A DNA stretch of 64,000 nucleotides from Nitrospirota bacterium (GTDB lineage: Bacteria > Nitrospirota > UBA9217). The notes below the pieces were generated by a model. The model did no database searches and had not been told where the DNA came from. It saw only the letters and a program-made list of their open reading frames with translations. The stretch's first letter is position 1. Each line of letters begins with the position of its first letter. Location: assembly GCA_963749655.1 (NCBI GenBank), contig CAVVOB010000016.1, positions 1 to 64,000 of the forward strand, given 5' to 3'. Positions 1 through 9,974 of this stretch are shown here, piece by piece. The position numbers and the translations under genes were made by a program.

Positions 1-815
1 AAGGAGCGGAAGGCGATCCTGGATATCGACGTGAAAGGCAAGAAGCTGGCGCCTGACGTGGATTTCGAAGCCCTGGCAAAGGGCACCCCGGGCATGACCG
101 GCGCGGACCTTGAGAATCTCGCCAACGAGGCCGCTTTGGTCGCCTTGAGGAAGAACAAAGAGATGATCGACCGGCGCGACTTCCTGAGGCCGAGGACAGC
201 ATCCTGATGGGGGCCGTGAAGGAGTTGACCGTCAGCGACCTGGAAAAGCGGATAACGGCCTATCATGAGGCAGGACACACGCTCACGGCGTGGGAGCTGC
301 CCGGGGCCGATCCTATCTATAAGGTCAGTATCATCCCCCGCGGCATGGCAATGGGCGTTACGCAGCTCCTGCCCGGGGAAGACCGGCATTATTATCCCCG
401 CACCTATCTGATGAACCGGCTGAGCATCAACCTCGCCGGACGGGTGGCGGAGAAGCTCGTATTCAACGACATCAGCAGCGGCGCGCAGAACGACCTGAAG
501 GACGCAACCTCCCTTGCCGAGAAGATGGTTGCCCAGTGGGGAATGAGCGACAAAATCGGCCCGGTCAACCTCGGCCGCGGTGAAGAACATCCATTCCTGG
601 GCAGGGAGCTGTCCCTGCCGAAGCGCTACAGCGAGCAGATGGCCTGGCTCATGGACGAGGAGATCCAGAAGATGATCATTGCTGCGGAATCAAGGGCGAC
701 TGAGATATTGACCGGGAAAAGGCATACTCTTGACGCCCTTGCGGAAGCGCTGATGAAGGATGAGGTGCTTGAAAGGGCCGATGTGGAGAGGATCATCCAG
801 GGTGCAAAAGGATAA
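1..815 (+). CDS. ftsH: ATP-dependent zinc metalloprotease FtsH, 3' part (5'-truncated by window; frameshift near 185)
   Basis: Frame 1 from base 1 reads ...[21 protein letters not shown] (AAA lid). ORF 207-815 has the AYHEAGH zinc motif and SGAQNDL of peptidase M41. One base missing near 185 joins the two. Confidence 0.93.
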
Positions 816-1047
816 ACAGCGTCTATATTTTATTGACAATCCGCTATAAACGCCATTCCAGCCCCAGCCTCAAACAGGCTGATGCAGGTTCCTCAAGTGC
901 GGCATAATGACAGGGACACTCAATAATCGTCTATGGCGCGACATAGAGGAAGCCTCCGGATAGAGGACGACACCCTTTTGTACTATTCATAATGATATGT
1001 TGTATACTTGAAGTGAAGAGCGGATTTCATCGCTCAGTGAGGCAACT

Positions 1048-1464
1048 ATGAAAACGACAAAGGGTTTGTGGATAGACCACAGGAAGGCTGTTATCGTATC
1101 TGTCACGGACAAGGGAGAGGAAGTAAAGGAAATTATTTCCCATGTGGAAAAACAACTCGGCCGTTTCGAGGGCGCGCGCTCGACGACTTCCTATCCGGCC
1201 CAGCTGGTTCCTGCTGATGATTCGCAGCAGCGGGACTTTACGGGGCATCTCGACAAATACTACGATGAAGTTGTTTCGCAGCTGCGCGATGCGGAATTGA
1301 TTCTGATCTTCGGCCCCGGCGAGGCAAAAGGCGAGTTGGAAAAACGCATCGAGAGCTCCGGGCTGAGCGGCTATGTAGCCGGTATTGAGACTGTCGACAA
1401 GATGACCGACGGCCAGATTGCCGCGAAAGTCCGGATGTACTTAAAAAATAAGGTTCAGAAATAA
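1048..1464 (+). CDS. Conserved hypothetical protein, eRF1/host-attachment-like
   Basis: GLWIDHRKAVIV N-terminus, ILIFGPGEAKGEL and ETVDKMTDGQI motifs; RBS GAGG. Confidence 0.6.
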   Translation: MKTTKGLWIDHRKAVIVSVTDKGEEVKEIISHVEKQLGRFEGARSTTSYPAQLVPADDSQQRDFTGHLDKYYDEVVSQLRDAELILIFGPGEAKGELEKRIESSGLSGYVAGIETVDKMTDGQIAAKVRMYLKNKVQK

Positions 1465-1480
1465 GGACTGGTAAAACGGA

Positions 1481-2071
1481 TCAGCACTTGTCTTTATAGA
1501 GGTCGTATTTGGGATATAGTTTCTCCGCGCATTTCGGACATATACTGTGGCTGAATTCCGCTTCTGAGTGGTCGCGGATATAGGACTCTATTTGATGCCA
1601 GTAGCCCTGGTCATCCCTGATCTCCTTGCAGGATGCGCAGATCGGCAATAAGCCCCTCAGTGTCTTAACCTCGGCCTCTTTCCTCCTCAGCTCATTCTTC
1701 AACCCAGTAATATCACGTTCGGTCGTAGCGATGGAGTCAATGTTTCCGGAATCATCTCGAAGGCAGGTGAGCACGAGCGATACATCCAGAACCTCGCCGT
1801 CCCTGGTGATGCGCTGCGTTTCGAATGATTCGATGATCTCGCCGGATAGGAGCCGCTGCAAGTACTGTAATGCTTCCGTCCTCTTGTTCGGGGGCACAAG
1901 TTGGGCAATATCCATACCCACTGCTTCACCCTCCGCATAACCGTACATTTTTGCCGCGCCTTTGTTCCAGGACAGTATTTTCCCCTGCAAATCGTGAACC
2001 GTGATGGCGTCGTTTGAATCCTGGATAACTACTGCCAGACGGCGAATATCTGCATCTTTTCCAAACTTCAT
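1481..2071 (-). CDS. PAS-domain protein with C-terminal Cys/His domain
   Basis: PAS (SWNKGAAKMYGY) followed by LPICASCKEIRDDQGYW...FSHSICPKC. Confidence 0.85.
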   Translation of the reverse strand: MKFGKDADIRRLAVVIQDSNDAITVHDLQGKILSWNKGAAKMYGYAEGEAVGMDIAQLVPPNKRTEALQYLQRLLSGEIIESFETQRITRDGEVLDVSLVLTCLRDDSGNIDSIATTERDITGLKNELRRKEAEVKTLRGLLPICASCKEIRDDQGYWHQIESYIRDHSEAEFSHSICPKCAEKLYPKYDLYKDKC

Positions 2072-2408
2072 AGTTCATCTCCATAAGACGGATATTTTGC
2101 CTCAGAAGTACAGGCAAATATCCCGTTGTATGTACGCGGGGTTTGAGCATGGAACGATAGCCAACATCATTATTATAGCTAACAATCATTTCCTCCTCGC
2201 AAATAACGATATAATATTTCATCATGTGAACGGTGCTGATCAAAAGTCCGCCGAGGATGCCCCTTCTCTTTTCCGGGTCAACCGGCAACCTGCGAAAATT
2301 GGCCTTGACAGGAATCCGCCGTGCATCTAAACTTGCCTTACCCGCCGGGAACCGCGCACGAGACATCCCGGCAGACCTCAGTAACTGTTTTCCCGAAGGA
2401 GGACCTCC

Positions 2409-3266
2409 ATGGGGATCAAATTTTTCGGTCAGTTCCTGATCGAAAAGAAGCTGATCACCAAAGAAGACCTGCAGAAAGCCGTTGTTCTGACGCGCAAGTC
2501 GAATCTGCTGTTCGGCGAAACAGCCAGGTCCATGGGCCTGATCAGCCACGCCGACGTAGAGCGCGTCCATGCCGCGCAGCGGAAGGAGGACCTCAATTTC
2601 GGAGACCTCTGTGTCAAGATGGGGCTCCTGACCGAGGAACAGATGAAGCAGGTGGCCGAAGTGCAAAAAAAGAACCGCCTCCGCCTGGGTGATGCCCTGG
2701 TCACGCTCGGCTGCATCACGGCCGGGGACCTGCCGGCGCTTCTCACCGAGTACGACGCCGACCAGGCGCCCTATTACACGGCAACAACGCCGCCCAGGCC
2801 CATGGTCCCCAACGAGGACCTCTGGGAGCTGTACGCGGACCGCGCCTACAACATGTTCACCCGCGTCACCAAGCTGGACTTCAAGCCCGACCAGCGTTGC
2901 GTCGTGGAGGGGGTCGATCCCAACGATACGGTTGTTGCCATGCGCATGACCGGCGACGCGCCCTGCTGCTTCGTGCTGTCCGTATCAGCCGACATCCGGG
3001 ATGCCATTGCCAGGACTATGATGCGGGAAGAGGACATCTCCTCCGAGCCCAGGGAAGTTCTCGTCGATGCCGTACGGGAGTTCGTAAGCATTATTTGCGG
3101 GAGCATTGCCTCGAAGTGCGCTCAGATGGGCAGGAAGACCGATTACAAGAGCGCCGTGGTCCTGGATGTGCAGGACCGGTTCTGCCCTTCGTCGGAATCA
3201 AAAGCGCTGCTCTTCCCCCTTCACGTGGCCGAGGGCCGGGCCGAAATCGCGATATTCTGGGAGTAA
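2409..3266 (+). CDS. CheX-like protein with N-terminal repeated helical (FGQFL/FGET/FGDL/LGDAL) modules
   Basis: C-terminal DAVREFVSIICG resembles the CheC/CheX ExxN motif (N replaced by S); RBS GGAGG. Confidence 0.7.
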   Translation: MGIKFFGQFLIEKKLITKEDLQKAVVLTRKSNLLFGETARSMGLISHADVERVHAAQRKEDLNFGDLCVKMGLLTEEQMKQVAEVQKKNRLRLGDALVTLGCITAGDLPALLTEYDADQAPYYTATTPPRPMVPNEDLWELYADRAYNMFTRVTKLDFKPDQRCVVEGVDPNDTVVAMRMTGDAPCCFVLSVSADIRDAIARTMMREEDISSEPREVLVDAVREFVSIICGSIASKCAQMGRKTDYKSAVVLDVQDRFCPSSESKALLFPLHVAEGRAEIAIFWE

Positions 3267-3322
3267 GGCGGCAAAAACACCTTCGCGCCAGGAGGCAAAA
3301 TCGCGAGGGAATACTTGCCCCT

Positions 3323-3380
3323 GTCGGTTCCCGTCGGTTGTCGTCGCTTTCTTGTCGGTTCTCGTCGGTTCTTGCCGGTC
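3323..3380. repeat. Six phased direct repeats of GTCGGTT
   Basis: Units start at 3323, 3333, 3343 (GTCGCTT), 3354, 3364, 3374 (GCCGGTC); period 10-11 bp. Confidence 0.8.
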
Positions 3381-3543
3381 ATATCGAAGTTCACATTTCC
3401 CCTTGTCGTTTCCCGCAAAATCCGGTATTCTCGCTTTGTCGGGGGCACAACACGTCTTCCATCCCGCGAAAAACCTCCCAGCAGTATTCTTTAATTCAAG
3501 AGTCGACAGGGATGACACCATCATGCTCCACGGGAAATAAGCA

Positions 3544-6500
3544 ATGAACATCGCAGATATCTTCATCCGCAGACCGATCATGACCTCATTGATCATGCTC
3601 GCCATTTTCATTTTCGGCGTGCTCTGTTACGGCCTGCTGCCGGTAAACGACCTGCCCAACGTTGATTTCCCGACCATCCAGGTAAACGCGAACCTGCCCG
3701 GCGCCAATCCGGATACCATGGCGTCGGCGGTTGCAACTCCGCTCGAGAACCAGCTCTCCACTATTGCCGGCGTTGATTCCATGACGTCGACCAACGGTGT
3801 CGGCACGACCAGGATCACGCTCCAGTTCAACCTGGACCGCGATATCGATGCGGCAGCCCAGGATGTACAAGCCGCCATATCGCTGGCAATACGTTTTTTG
3901 CCGAAAAACATGCCGACGCCGCCGTCGTTCCGCAAGGTAAATCCGGCCGATCAACCGATCCTGTATCTTGCGCTCAGTTCTCCGACGCTGCCGCTTTCCG
4001 CAGTCGACGAGTACGCCCAGACCCTGATTGCCCGGCGCATTTCCACCATCAGCGGCGTTGCCCAGGTGAACGTCCACGGCTCGCAGAAATATGCGGTGCG
4101 GGCGCAACTCGACCCGAAGGCGCTGGCCTCCCGCAAGATCGGCATCGACGACGTGGCGGCCGCTATTGATACCGCAAACGTCAATTTGCCGACCGGGGTC
4201 CTGGATGGAACACAGCAGGCATTCACGATCGAGGCCAATGGACAGCTGTTCAGGGCGGCCGGCTACGGGCGGATCGTGGTGGCTTACCGGGGCGGCTCGC
4301 CGGTCCGCCTGGGGGAGCTGGGGCGGGTGATCGACAGCGTCGAGAATACCAAGACCGCCGGCTGGTACAACAACAGCCGCGCCATCGTCCTGACCATCCA
4401 ACGCCAGCCGGGCACCAACACCATTGAGGTCGTGGACAACGTCAGGAAGCTGCTGCCGACCTTTCGCAGCCAGATGCCGGCCGGCGTCCAGCTCGATGTG
4501 CTGTTCGACCGCTCAGCCATGATCCGCGAATCCATGCATGACGTCAAGTTCACCCTTTGCTTGACGATCTGCCTGGTAGTCATGGTGATCTTCCTCTTTC
4601 TGCGCAATCTTTCCGCCACGATCATTCCCGCGCTGGCCGTGCCGATGTCCATCGTCGGCACGTTCACGGTCATGCATCTGCTCGGGTTTTCCCTCAACAA
4701 CATCTCCATGATGGCCCTGACCCTGGCGGTCGGGTTTGTGGTGGATGACGCGATCGTCATGCTGGAGAATATCGTCCGGCACATGGAAAAGGGGGAGAGC
4801 GCCCTGGAGGCGGCATTCAAGGGCTCAAAGGAGATCGGGTTCACCATCCTCTCCATGACCATATCGCTGGTCGCGGTCTTTATCCCGGTACTGTTCATGG
4901 GCGGCATTCTGGGACGTCTGCTGCACGAATTCGCCATTACGATCAGCGTTGCCATTCTGGTCTCCTTTTTTGTATCCGTTACCCTGACCCCCATGCTCTG
5001 CAGCCGCTTCCTCAAACCTGCCTCGACGGCACGTCACGGACGCCCGTTCCTGATGATGGAGCGGTTCTTCGACAATCTGCTCCGTCTGTATGAGCGCTCC
5101 CTGCAGCAGGTTCTGCGCCGGCGGCGGACCACGATGGTCGTGACGCTCCTGGTCACGCTGCTGACCATTGCGCTCTTCATGACGGTGCCCATGGGCTTTC
5201 TGCCGATTGAAGATACCGGGCGGATCAACGCCGACACCGAGACGGCCCAGGGGACGTCGTTTGCCGACATGCAGCTGCACCAGGAAGCGGTTGCAGCCAT
5301 CATTGCCCAGGACCCGAATGTCGACGGTTTCATGTCATCCATCGGAGGAAACCGCGGGAGCAACAACGGCAGTTTGTTCATGCGGCTTAAACCGCGCGGA
5401 CAGAGAAAGCTCTCTGCAGATGAAGTCATTCAGGAACTTCGCCCCAAGCTCGCCAGGCTTGCGGGAGTCCGGACCTTTTTGAAAAACGTCCCCTCGATCC
5501 AGATCGGCGGCATGAGTTCCAAAAGCCAATACCAGTTCACCCTCCAGGATCAGGATACGGAGGTGCTGTACCGCTCTGCCGAGGATTTCGAGAGAAAGCT
5601 GCGGGAACTGCCGCAGCTTCTGGACGTGACCAGCGATCTGCAGATCAGCAATCCGCAGGTCCATGTGGAGATCAATCGGGACAAGGTGGCGGCCATGGGG
5701 CTTACCGTGCTGCAGGTGGAGGATGCCCTTGCCTATGCCTACGGCTCGCGGCAGGTTTCCTCCATCTTTGCTTCGACCAATCAGTATCAGGTGATCCTCG
5801 AACTCGATCCGCTCTACCAGGGAGATCCGGCAGCGCTCAGCATGCTCTATATTCACGGCGAAGACGGACAGCTGGTGCCGCTCCAGACAATTGCGACCAT
5901 CACCAGAACCGTCGGCCCGCTGGCGGTGAACCATCTGGGGCAGCTTCCGGCGGTAACGCTTTCTTTCAATCTGGCCCCCGGGGTTGCCCTGGGAGATGCG
6001 ATGAAGCTGATCGACAGGCTTGCCGACAGAGAACTGCCCCAGACCGTGAGCACCAGTTTCCAGGGCACCGCCCAGGCATTCAAGTCCTCGTTCAGCGGGT
6101 TATGGCTGCTCCTGGCCATGGCCATCTTCGTTATCTACATTGTGCTCGGCATTCTCTATGAAAGCTATATCCACCCCGTCACCATCCTCTCCGGGCTTCC
6201 GGCCGCCGGTTTCGGGGCGCTGATCACCCTGATGCTCTTCAAGTGCGATCTGAATATCTATGGTTTTGTCGGGATCATCATGCTGATCGGCATCGTCAAA
6301 AAGAACGCCATCATGATGATCGATTTTGCGCTGGAAGCGGAGCGAGAGGCAGGGAAGAGTCCCCTGGATGCCATTTACGAAGGCGCGATTGTCCGGTTCA
6401 GGCCGATTATGATGACTACGATGGCGGCCCTGATGGGAACCCTGCCGATCGCCATGGGTCTCGGTGCCGGCGGCGAGTCGCGGCAGCCGCTGGGTCTTGC

Positions 6501-6639
6501 GGTTGTGGGCGGGTTATTGACTTCGCAGTTATTGACCCTCTACATAACGCCTGTGGTCTACTACTATATGGATCGACTGCTGCACAAGGTGCGGCCGCGC
6601 AAAGCCGCTGCTAAAAAAGTTGCCGCGACGGATAGATAA
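3544..6639 (+). CDS. RND efflux permease, MdtB/MdtC (AcrB) family
   Basis: 1031 aa; FIRRPI start, GFVVDDAIVMLENI, GIVKKNAIMMIDF and RFRPIMMTT motifs. Confidence 0.95.
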   Translation: MNIADIFIRRPIMTSLIMLAIFIFGVLCYGLLPVNDLPNVDFPTIQVNANLPGANPDTMASAVATPLENQLSTIAGVDSMTSTNGVGTTRITLQFNLDRDIDAAAQDVQAAISLAIRFLPKNMPTPPSFRKVNPADQPILYLALSSPTLPLSAVDEYAQTLIARRISTISGVAQVNVHGSQKYAVRAQLDPKALASRKIGIDDVAAAIDTANVNLPTGVLDGTQQAFTIEANGQLFRAAGYGRIVVAYRGGSPVRLGELGRVIDSVENTKTAGWYNNSRAIVLTIQRQPGTNTIEVVDNVRKLLPTFRSQMPAGVQLDVLFDRSAMIRESMHDVKFTLCLTICLVVMVIFLFLRNLSATIIPALAVPMSIVGTFTVMHLLGFSLNNISMMALTLAVGFVVDDAIVMLENIVRHMEKGESALEAAFKGSKEIGFTILSMTISLVAVFIPVLFMGGILGRLLHEFAITISVAILVSFFVSVTLTPMLCSRFLKPASTARHGRPFLMMERFFDNLLRLYERSLQQVLRRRRTTMVVTLLVTLLTIALFMTVPMGFLPIEDTGRINADTETAQGTSFADMQLHQEAVAAIIAQDPNVDGFMSSIGGNRGSNNGSLFMRLKPRGQRKLSADEVIQELRPKLARLAGVRTFLKNVPSIQIGGMSSKSQYQFTLQDQDTEVLYRSAEDFERKLRELPQLLDVTSDLQISNPQVHVEINRDKVAAMGLTVLQVEDALAYAYGSRQVSSIFASTNQYQVILELDPLYQGDPAALSMLYIHGEDGQLVPLQTIATITRTVGPLAVNHLGQLPAVTLSFNLAPGVALGDAMKLIDRLADRELPQTVSTSFQGTAQAFKSSFSGLWLLLAMAIFVIYIVLGILYESYIHPVTILSGLPAAGFGALITLMLFKCDLNIYGFVGIIMLIGIVKKNAIMMIDFALEAEREAGKSPLDAIYEGAIVRFRPIMMTTMAALMGTLPIAMGLGAGGESRQPLGLAVVGGLLTSQLLTLYITPVVYYYMDRLLHKVRPRKAAAKKVAATDR

Positions 6640-6664
6640 TCGTAATGTGTTCACTCTTTGATGA

Positions 6665-6742
6665 AGTTTTCCCTGCCTGAGGCCGTTCTCAAAAGCCCTT
6701 TTTGGATGAAACTCGACTTGCTGAATGCGATTCAGCGCCACA
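6665..6742 (-). pseudogene. Remnant of a carboxymuconolactone decarboxylase-family gene
   Basis: Reads ALNRIQQVEFHPKRAFENGL, matching ALNRIEQVEFHLKKALENGL of the CMD gene at 13589-13913. Confidence 0.7.
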
Positions 6743-6795
6743 TGGGCTCATGATTGTTCTCCTTGGTCACCAAATCCATAAAGAGCATAGACAAA

Positions 6796-6905
6796 ATTGT
6801 CGAAAAATAGCCTATGAACTTCGACAATAATTTCCGCTTCGTCATTTCCATGCAGGTCCTCTTTTCATAAAAAACAATACCTTATCCGTTTGGCACGCAT
6901 ATTGT
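6796..6905 (+). promoter_or_regulatory. Sigma54 -24/-12 promoter with upstream palindromic enhancer
   Basis: TGGCAC-gcata-TTGT at 6891-6905; inverted repeat ATTGTCGAA (6796-6804) / TTCGACAAT (6820-6828). Confidence 0.65.
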
Positions 6906-6966
6906 AATCTACTTATACCGAATTCAAATCAACGGCCCGGGGTGGCCATTCAAGGAGGGGTTTCTA

Positions 6967-7356
6967 ATGGAATCAAAGAAAAAGTACTTATTCGTGCTGT
7001 CTCATGCAACGTCAAATCCCATGGAAGTGATCGTCATGCTGAAAATCATATCCAATATGAAAGCATTCGACGACGATGCAGAAATTGCGGTTTTCCTGGT
7101 CGGTGAAGGCGTCCAGCTCGCGAAAAAGGGAGTGGGAAAAACCATAACCATGGAACTGGAAGGCAATCTGGTCAATGTCGGCGATCTGCTGGACATGATG
7201 TCCGAGTTCAATGTGAAGTTTTACGTCTGCCACGCCTTTATGCCGCTCTTCAGCGTTGCCAAGGAAGAGCTTATCGAAGGCTCGGAGATGAAAGGAAGTT
7301 CCTACCTCGGAGAGCTGCTCCTGGCCGGCTACACGCCTTTTCCGATGGCCATGTAG
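6967..7356 (+). CDS. DsrE/DsrF-like family protein
   Basis: IAVFLVGEGVQLAKK and KFYVC motifs; RBS AAGGAGG. Confidence 0.85.
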   Translation: MESKKKYLFVLSHATSNPMEVIVMLKIISNMKAFDDDAEIAVFLVGEGVQLAKKGVGKTITMELEGNLVNVGDLLDMMSEFNVKFYVCHAFMPLFSVAKEELIEGSEMKGSSYLGELLLAGYTPFPMAM

Positions 7357-7436
7357 AGGAATGCTCGTAAGAATTCAGTAGGCGGAAGTAGGAAAGCCGG
7401 GATATTCCCTCTTTCTTAATTCTGCCTTCTTGCTTG

Positions 7437-7470
7437 AAAGGCCGGAGAGTTTCTCTCCGGCCTTTTCTTT
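7437..7470 (+). terminator. Rho-independent terminator
   Basis: AAAGGCCGGAGAG-TTT-CTCTCCGGCCTTT followed by a T-rich tail. Confidence 0.85.
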
Positions 7471-7682
7471 GTGCACAAATCCTGATCTCGAACAATCCCT
7501 GAAATCCGAACAACGATGTCCCCTATCCTCCCCCTTCGTGACCCCGCAGGTTCGTGTGAGACCGTTTAGATGTTTCTCCGCTTTATTATTTTAACGCAGT
7601 CGGAGTATAGGAGCCGGATGCCCGACAAACTTGAAAATGCAACCGATTGATGTATAGTTGTTTTAAAAGGAAGGTGATTTTT

Positions 7683-8657
7683 ATGGCTCTCAAGAAAACA
7701 CGGCCGCGCAAAGACAAAGCAGATGATAAAAGCTTTACTACTACTTTTTCAGTAGACAAAGCTCCGAAAGCGGTCTTCGATGCCATCAACAATCCACGCG
7801 GATGGTGGTCTCAGGAGATCGAAGGCAGCACGGACAAACCAGGCGCCGAGTTCAAGTACCACTACCAGGATGTGCACCGGAGCACGTTCAAGATAACCGA
7901 ATTCGTGCCGAACAAGAAAGTCACCTGGCACGTTCAGGACAACTATTTCAATTTTGTGAAAGACAAAACCGAGTGGATCGGCACGGATGTCATCTTTGAA
8001 CTAGTCAGGAAGGGCGGCAAAACAGAGGTCCAGTTTACTCACAAAGGACTCGTGCCTTCCTATGAATGCTATGGCGTTTGCTCGGAAGCATGGGGCTCGT
8101 ACGTAACCGGCAGCCTGCGCGACCTCATTACCAAGGGCAAAGGAAAGCCGAACCCGCTGGAAGACGTTGTTAATAAGGCCCGCGAAATGAGCGACACAAG
8201 CTATACGACTTCGTTTATTGTGGACCGGTCACCCCGGGAGGTGTTTGACGCCATCAACAACGTTCGCGGATGGTGGTCAGAGGAAATCGACGGGAGTACC
8301 GGCACCGTGGGAGCTGACTTCACGTTCGAACAAAAAGACCTGCACCGCAGCACCCAGAAGATCACTGAGCTGGTGCCGGCGAAGAAGGTCGCATGGCATG
8401 TCGTGGACAGCCGCCTGGACTTCGTTAAAGACAAGACCGAGTGGAAAGGCACTGATATTGTCTTTGATATCAGAGAGCAGGGAGGCAAGACCGAGGTCAG
8501 TTTCACGCACGTCGGCCTCGTCCCTGCCCTGGAATGCTACGAGGATTGTTCCGATGGATGGAACTTCTATATCCACGACAGTTTGAAGAGATTGATCAAA
8601 ACGGGTAAAGGGCAACCCAACCCGAAGGAAAAAGCGGCCGGGAAAAAGGCGGCGTGA
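7683..8657 (+). CDS. Tandem SRPBCC (AHSA1-like) domain protein
   Basis: Two near-identical domains (VFDAINN.RGWWS...KDKTEW.GT...FTH.GLVP..ECY..CS..W). Confidence 0.88.
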   Translation: MALKKTRPRKDKADDKSFTTTFSVDKAPKAVFDAINNPRGWWSQEIEGSTDKPGAEFKYHYQDVHRSTFKITEFVPNKKVTWHVQDNYFNFVKDKTEWIGTDVIFELVRKGGKTEVQFTHKGLVPSYECYGVCSEAWGSYVTGSLRDLITKGKGKPNPLEDVVNKAREMSDTSYTTSFIVDRSPREVFDAINNVRGWWSEEIDGSTGTVGADFTFEQKDLHRSTQKITELVPAKKVAWHVVDSRLDFVKDKTEWKGTDIVFDIREQGGKTEVSFTHVGLVPALECYEDCSDGWNFYIHDSLKRLIKTGKGQPNPKEKAAGKKAA

Positions 8658-8674
8658 GGGATTGGATGCAACCA

Positions 8675-8718
8675 CACCCCAGCCTTCTCCCCTCGCGAGA
8701 GAGGGCCAGGGTGAGGGG
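8675..8718. repeat. REP-like CCTCTCCCC..GAGAGG..GGTGAGGGG element
   Basis: Same motif recurs at 56594-56629. Confidence 0.6.
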
Positions 8719-8780
8719 AAAAGCCAAACTTGATCCCGCTCGAAGCCGCCAAGAACACAAAGAATACAGCAAAGCATGAT

Positions 8781-8890
8781 TTCGCGCTAAGACGCCAAGG
8801 CGCAAAGAAAGTCGAATCACTAAGACAATTTAATTTGTCATTTCTAATTACTTAAGATTCCCATTGCGTCTTTGCGGCTTTGCGCGAGAC
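8781..8890. repeat. Palindromic miniature element (CGCAAAG family)
   Basis: GC-rich inverted arms around an AT-rich spacer; reverse-complement relative at 29195-29292 and a further relative at 48032-48113. Confidence 0.75.
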
Positions 8891-8964
8891 AGCCTTTAGT
8901 TCGAATCCAACGCCAGCCAAGCTTTCCCCGCGATCTCCGCGTCTCCGCGTGAGAACTGGTTTTA

Positions 8965-9402
8965 TCATTCCGGATACTGCGCGAGTTCCATAAGGATTCC
9001 ATCAGGACCATGGAAATACACGAGGCGCTTTCCCGTTTTCTCCCAGGTCCGGATCGGGCTCAGGAACTCGACGCCGATTTCCTTGAGCCGGCGAACGACC
9101 TGCTCAATGTCTTTAACAGAAAAAGCCAGGTGACGGAAACCGATATGGTTCGGATTACCACAATCCGGATCGGACAGGGGTTTCGGATTGCTGAAGGCCA
9201 GGAGTTCTATGACGAGTTGGCTTGTCTGATGCTTCATCCCGACAAATGAACCGGCCGCCCCCTTGATGCCGGTGACGGACTCGAGGAAAAGAGCGTCGAG
9301 TGACGATCGGATCGTCTCCTCGAATCCGAGGATCTCAAAAAATTTCCTGCTTCTTTCAAGATCAGTAACGACAATCGCAAGGTGATCGATTTGCATAATC
9401 AT
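8965..9402 (-). CDS. VOC/glyoxalase family protein
   Basis: IDHLAIVVTDLERSRKFF, GFRHLAFSV, YFHGPDGILMEL; start trimmed to ATG 9402. Confidence 0.9.
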   Translation of the reverse strand: MIMQIDHLAIVVTDLERSRKFFEILGFEETIRSSLDALFLESVTGIKGAAGSFVGMKHQTSQLVIELLAFSNPKPLSDPDCGNPNHIGFRHLAFSVKDIEQVVRRLKEIGVEFLSPIRTWEKTGKRLVYFHGPDGILMELAQYPE

Positions 9403-9410
9403 AGGCAACC

Positions 9411-9974
9411 TCACCGGATTTCCGGGCGGGCCTGGATCTTCTGAGGCGCGCGAAAAAAACGGACAATCAGGGGTACGACGAGCATCGCGCCGAGAACGAT
9501 CCACATCGTCGTGTCGGGATCGCGGAAATACCTGTTCAGTCGCAGGGTCGTGACCGCAATAACGGCGTAATACAGCATGTCCCCCGCGATCGCGAAGGCC
9601 CAGCCCATCAGGAATCCATGACCCGCAGCCATCGCCGATGCCCGCCCGGTCATCGGGTCCGCGCCAAAGGAGATCATAACGAGCGCAATAGGGCCTGCAC
9701 CGATGCCGCTGAAATGGGCTGCGCTCTTGGCCATTGCAGCCTTCATCCGTGCGCTGAAACGGGCGAGAAAAGGGACTTTCCCGCACAGCCACGCAAGCAG
9801 CCGCAGGATTGGCTCGAATGCGAGGGCCAGCAGCACATCGGAAACCAGGTAGAGCCCGGCGGTCACGGGCCAGGCCAGACCATTGGTTTGGGCGAGCAAT
9901 ACGCCTGCCGGGATCCCGCCCCCGACAGGGATAAGGAAGAGCATCAATACGGAAAGCATGATGGATACTAACAA
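9411..9974 (-). CDS. Hypothetical integral membrane protein
   Basis: Several hydrophobic segments; start uncertain. Confidence 0.6.
   Translation of the reverse strand: MLVSIMLSVLMLFLIPVGGGIPAGVLLAQTNGLAWPVTAGLYLVSDVLLALAFEPILRLLAWLCGKVPFLARFSARMKAAMAKSAAHFSGIGAGPIALVMISFGADPMTGRASAMAAGHGFLMGWAFAIAGDMLYYAVIAVTTLRLNRYFRDPDTTMWIVLGAMLVVPLIVRFFRAPQKIQARPEIR

Noticed and set aside
2083-2113. Minus-strand TGTACT-N16-CGTCTT upstream of the PAS gene as a fourth ECF site
   Set aside because: Both boxes deviate, the T-tract is absent, and it lies very close to the start codon.
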